32,000 bases of DNA from Candidatus Saccharimonadota bacterium (lineage in GTDB: Bacteria; Patescibacteriota; Gracilibacteria; BD1-5; UBA2023): NCBI GenBank assembly GCA_963706795.1, contig OY970170.1:960001-992000 (forward strand), read 5' to 3'. Position numbers and translations under genes: made by a program. Shown here one piece after another: positions 29,009-32,000 of this stretch. Positions within the stretch are counted from its first letter, which is position 1. Every line of letters starts with the position of its first letter. The notes under the pieces were generated by a model. It was not told where the DNA came from. It saw only the letters and a list, made by a program, of their open reading frames with translations, and did not search any database.

Positions 29009-29045
29009 TGTAAAAAAGTACGAATAATAAAAGTTCGTATTCTCG

Positions 29046-29073
29046 TTGAAAAAAGCATGCCCCAGCGTATAAT
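29046..29073 (+). promoter_or_regulatory. Candidate promoter TTGAAA-N16-TATAAT for ftsA-ftsZ
   Basis: TTGAAA at 29046-51 and TATAAT at 29068-73. Confidence 0.55.
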
Positions 29074-29169
29074 GTGCGCGTTCAAATTGTTGAAACGAAA
29101 GAGAAGATTCGCTTCATAGAGAGGAGAATTCTGAGCAAAAACTTTGTACAACCTAACTTGAAACCCCAC

Positions 29170-30405
29170 ATGGTGTCCGGCTACACCTTTACCGCGATTG
29201 ATATCGGGAGTTCGAAAATCAAAACGCTTATTGGTACCTTTACTGAAGATAAAAAACTCCGAATTCTCTGAGTAGGAATATCTCCGTCGAACTGAGTTCG
29301 CAAGGGAAATATCCTCGACATGGATGAATTCAAACGCAATGTCGACATGTCACTTTCTGAAGCAGAAAAAATGCTTGGAGAGCAGACAGGTTCAGTATAT
29401 CTCTCACTTTCTGGTGTTACTATCGAGAGCGTCGTAAATACAGGAATCGTTGCCGTTCCGCACTCAGAAGTCACAGAAGACGATGTAAATCGAGCACTCG
29501 ACATGTCTCAGAATGGAGTCGACCTCGTGAATCGAACAATTCTCAAAGTAATCCCAGAGTCATTTACACTCGATGGAACCCCTGGCATCAAGAATCCTAT
29601 CGGAATGGCAGCCAAGAAGCTTGAGGTAAAATCACACATTTTTTCAATCGCCGAAAACGTCCTCGGTAATATTAAAAAGGGAATCTTCGACGTCGGAGTC
29701 GACATCGCTGATATCTACGCAAATGTGCTCTCAGCTCCAGAAGCCGTACTCTCACGCCGTCAAAAAGAGCTCGGTGTTGTATGTATTGATATCGGTGCAA
29801 GCACGACCGACATTGCAGTATTCGAAGAAGGTACTCTCATCTTTGCTTCTGTTATCCCACTAGGTGGTGAGCACGTAACATCCGACATTGCGCTCGGTCT
29901 TCGTATCTCCATTGATCTCGCCGAAAAGCTCAAACTCGAGCACGCTGATGTTCTTTTCTGTAAGGACGAAAAAGCAAAAGACGAAGATATCGATCTCTCA
30001 AAATACTCGAAAACTGAGACGACGATCGTCTCTAAAAAGTACCTCTCTGAGATTGCAAGAGCTCGATATTCTGAGATTCTCTATTTTGTAAATACTGAGC
30101 TTAAGCGTATTGGTAAAGACGGAATGCTTCCAGAAGGTGCGGTGATTACAGGAGGTGCTGCCAAGATGCGCAACCTCGTAGATCTCGCAAAAGAAATCCT
30201 CCGACTTCCTTCGGTGATCGGAGTTCCTGAGGATTCGGATCATATTTCGGGAACCTCGATTGGTGACCCACAATATGCGGGTATCGTCGGTACACTTCTT
30301 CTCTCACAAAAATTCTCTCCGAATAAGAGCAGAATACGCCTCAATATCTCATTCGGATGATTTTGGCATTCGGTGAAAAATCTCTTTCAAAAAATCCTTC
30401 CATAA
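29170..30405 (+). CDS. ftsA: Cell division protein FtsA, three in-frame TGA (29269-71, 29293-95, 30358-60)
   Basis: MVSGYTFTAIDIGSSKIKTLIG..LRIL-G-VGISPSN-G-VRKGNILDMDEF parallels E. coli VIGVGSCPSRGMDKGGVNDLE (recalled). Reading through the last TGA adds G-FWHSVKNLFQKILP, an amphipathic tail, then TAA at 30403-05. An in-frame CTG at 29131 is an alternative start. Confidence 0.9.
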
Positions 30406-30423
30406 TCTCTCACATCTGTATAT

Positions 30424-31623
30424 ATGTCAGTAGCAAAGAAATCAGACGACAAGCTCAAAAATCTCCTCCGCGGTGGTGATATGCGATCGGCAGTAGAGGA
30501 AATTAACGTCTCAGACTACATTTCACCTGTTGCCAATATCAAGGTTGTGGGAGTGGGTGGAGGTGGAGTCAATGCGGTTAATCGCATGATCCAATCAGGT
30601 CTCGAAGGCGTAGAATTCATCGCTGTAAATACCGACGCTCAGGCGCTCTTTACATCAAAGGCTCCAATCCGCATCAATATCGGACGTGCGGCAACTCGTG
30701 GTCTCGGTGCCGGAGCTAATCCTCAGATTGGTCAAAAGGCCGCAGAAGAATCAAGCGAAGAAATCAAGCAGGCACTCGCGGGTGCTGATATGGTGTTTAT
30801 TACTTGTGGACTCGGAGGTGGAACAGGAACGGGTTCTGCACCAGTTATCGCTGAAATTGCAAAGGGTCTCGGAGCGCTCGTTATCGCGGTAGTTACCAAG
30901 CCATTTTCATTTGAAGGTCAGCGTCGTTCGCTTCAGGCAATCGACGGATATGAGAAACTCAAGGATAAGGTGGATACACTCATCACGATCCCAAATGACA
31001 AGATCCTCTCAATCATCGATAAAAAGACTCCTCTCCTCGATGCATTCAATATTGTAGACGAAGTCCTCAATCAGGGTGTACAGGGTGTTTCGGATCTCAT
31101 TACGCTTCCTGGTCTCATCAACGTAGACTTCGCGGACGTTCGCTCGGTTATGGAAAATGCAGGTTCTGCGCTCATGGGTATTGGATATGGTTCTGGTGAA
31201 AACCGAGCTATCGAAGCTGCTCGCGCTGCCGTAGATTCTCCGCTTCTCGAACTCTCAATTGCGGGAGCTCGCGGTCTCCTCTTTAATATTACGGGTGGTA
31301 CTGATCTCTCAATGTTTGAGGTTGATGAAGCAGCTCGCATCATTACTGAATCATGCGATCCAGAGGCAAACATTATTTTTGGAGCAACCATCAACGAAAA
31401 TTATACTGGTGAAATCAAGATCACGGTTGTTGCCACTGGTTTTAATGAAGAAACTAACCAGCGCCATCTCGAGGTTTCAAAGCACTCATCAAGCGCAAGC
31501 CCGTTTGGTAAGAAGCTCATTGGACACCAGAGTACATTCTCAAATCCTGCTCCGGCTCCACGCCCAGCAGAGTCACAGTCTGATCTCGATGTTCCAGCTT
31601 TCCTCCGCAACAAGATGAAATAA
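30424..31623 (+). CDS. ftsZ: Cell division GTPase FtsZ
   Basis: [43 protein letters not shown] and the C-terminal DLDVPAFLR peptide. Confidence 0.97.
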   Translation: MSVAKKSDDKLKNLLRGGDMRSAVEEINVSDYISPVANIKVVGVGGGGVNAVNRMIQSGLEGVEFIAVNTDAQALFTSKAPIRINIGRAATRGLGAGANPQIGQKAAEESSEEIKQALAGADMVFITCGLGGGTGTGSAPVIAEIAKGLGALVIAVVTKPFSFEGQRRSLQAIDGYEKLKDKVDTLITIPNDKILSIIDKKTPLLDAFNIVDEVLNQGVQGVSDLITLPGLINVDFADVRSVMENAGSALMGIGYGSGENRAIEAARAAVDSPLLELSIAGARGLLFNITGGTDLSMFEVDEAARIITESCDPEANIIFGATINENYTGEIKITVVATGFNEETNQRHLEVSKHSSSASPFGKKLIGHQSTFSNPAPAPRPAESQSDLDVPAFLRNKMK

Positions 31624-31643
31624 GCGAATAATATTCGATAAAA

Positions 31644-31683
31644 AATCCTCTGAAGCTCGCAAGAGCAAAGGAGGATTTTTTCT
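31644..31683 (+). terminator. Intrinsic terminator after ftsZ
   Basis: AATCCTC..GAGGATT outer stem around GCTC-GCAA-GAGC, followed by TTTTTTC. Confidence 0.8.
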
Positions 31684-31772
31684 TTGAATTTCGGGTCGTT
31701 TTCTTTGCTTTTTAGTTTCCGGCACATACCCTAGATTCCAATAGCGCACTTTATATCTTTCCCATAACCATT

Positions 31773-32000
31773 ATGGAGACGCAAGAATTTCAGTCACTCG
31801 TACTACAGAAGTTCGATTCGATCGATAAACGTTTCGATGGTCTTGAAACTCGCTTCGACTGACTCGAAACTAAAGTAGATGGTCTTGAAACTAAAGTGGA
31901 CGGTCTTGAAACTAAAGTAGTTGGTCTCGAAACCAGATTCGACTGACTTGAAACTAAAGTGGACGGCTTCAAAACCCGCTTCGACTGACTTGAAAGCAAG
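31773..32000 (+). CDS. Heptad-repeat (GLETKVD/GLETRFD) coiled-coil protein, N-terminal part only; three in-frame TGA
   Basis: ATG at 31773. The product reads METQEFQSLVLQKFDSIDKRFD GLETRFD *LETKVD GLETKVD GLETKVV GLETRFD *LETKVD GFKTRFD *LES.., where * is TGA at 31860, 31944 and 31986. The track's antisense ORF 31790..31999 is a shadow. Confidence 0.7.
31818..32000 (+). repeat. 21-bp tandem coding repeat (at least 8 units), continues past the window edge
   Basis: Units resemble ggtcttgaaactaaagtagat. First-codon variants are GGT, GGC and TGA. Confidence 0.85.

Noticed and set aside
28723-29169. A 148-aa minus-strand ORF from the track fills the tig-ftsA gap.
   Set aside because: It has no RBS or homology. 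Its composition is odd (rich in Arg, Asn and Thr). It runs antisense across a consensus promoter, a terminator and the structured RNA candidate, so it is most likely a chance ORF.
1-32000. Table 4 (TGA = Trp, as in Mycoplasma or Spiroplasma) as an alternative code.
   Set aside because: The aligned residues are Gly in every case I could check. The heptad repeat interchanges TGA with GGT/GGC, not TGG.
31818-32000. The regular 21-bp tandem repeat as a possible CRISPR-like or satellite array.
   Set aside because: The units are contiguous with no spacers and are in frame with an upstream ATG. They encode a clean heptad peptide repeat, so this is a coding repeat.

Overview
This window is ordinary chromosomal DNA, with no CRISPR array, rRNA, tRNA or mobile element seen, from a bacterium that reads TGA as glycine (translation table 25, as in Gracilibacteria/Absconditabacteria-type CPR lineages). 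The supplied standard-code ORF track therefore splits many genes. Joining fragments through in-frame TGA gives about 28 CDS.

Gene order:
- mraY (partial) and a small orphan ORF
- an AbrB-like regulator, a long lipoprotein membrane-fusion protein and an RND pump
- sanA, a barstar-like gene, a Mo-cofactor oxidoreductase and an O-antigen-ligase-like protein
- a FecR-domain protein divergent from a CHASE2 adenylate cyclase
- a T-box(Ile)-like leader followed by a yjjX-like NTPase, an HD hydrolase, ileS and tag
- convergent ung and cyclophilin
- two tandem paralogous small ORFs, then trhO
- truB-lepB-secA-tig
- an orphan promoter-to-terminator structured RNA
- ftsA-ftsZ
- the start of a 7-aa-repeat protein

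Most notable observations:
1. A complete histidine-phosphatase (PGAM-like) domain is inserted inside IleRS.
2. A T-box-like Ile leader with a very short Stem I sits in front of an operon that also holds nucleotide house-cleaning and base-excision genes.
3. An RNA of about 210 nt has its 5' end, at the predicted TSS, pairing over 12 bp with sequence just before its terminator.
4. Two small ORFs have TGA as their only 'stop', each just upstream of an intrinsic-terminator-like hairpin.
5. TGA-Gly usage is very uneven between genes.

All calls come from hand translation and motif recall. No searches were run, and coordinates of RNA elements may be off by a few nt.
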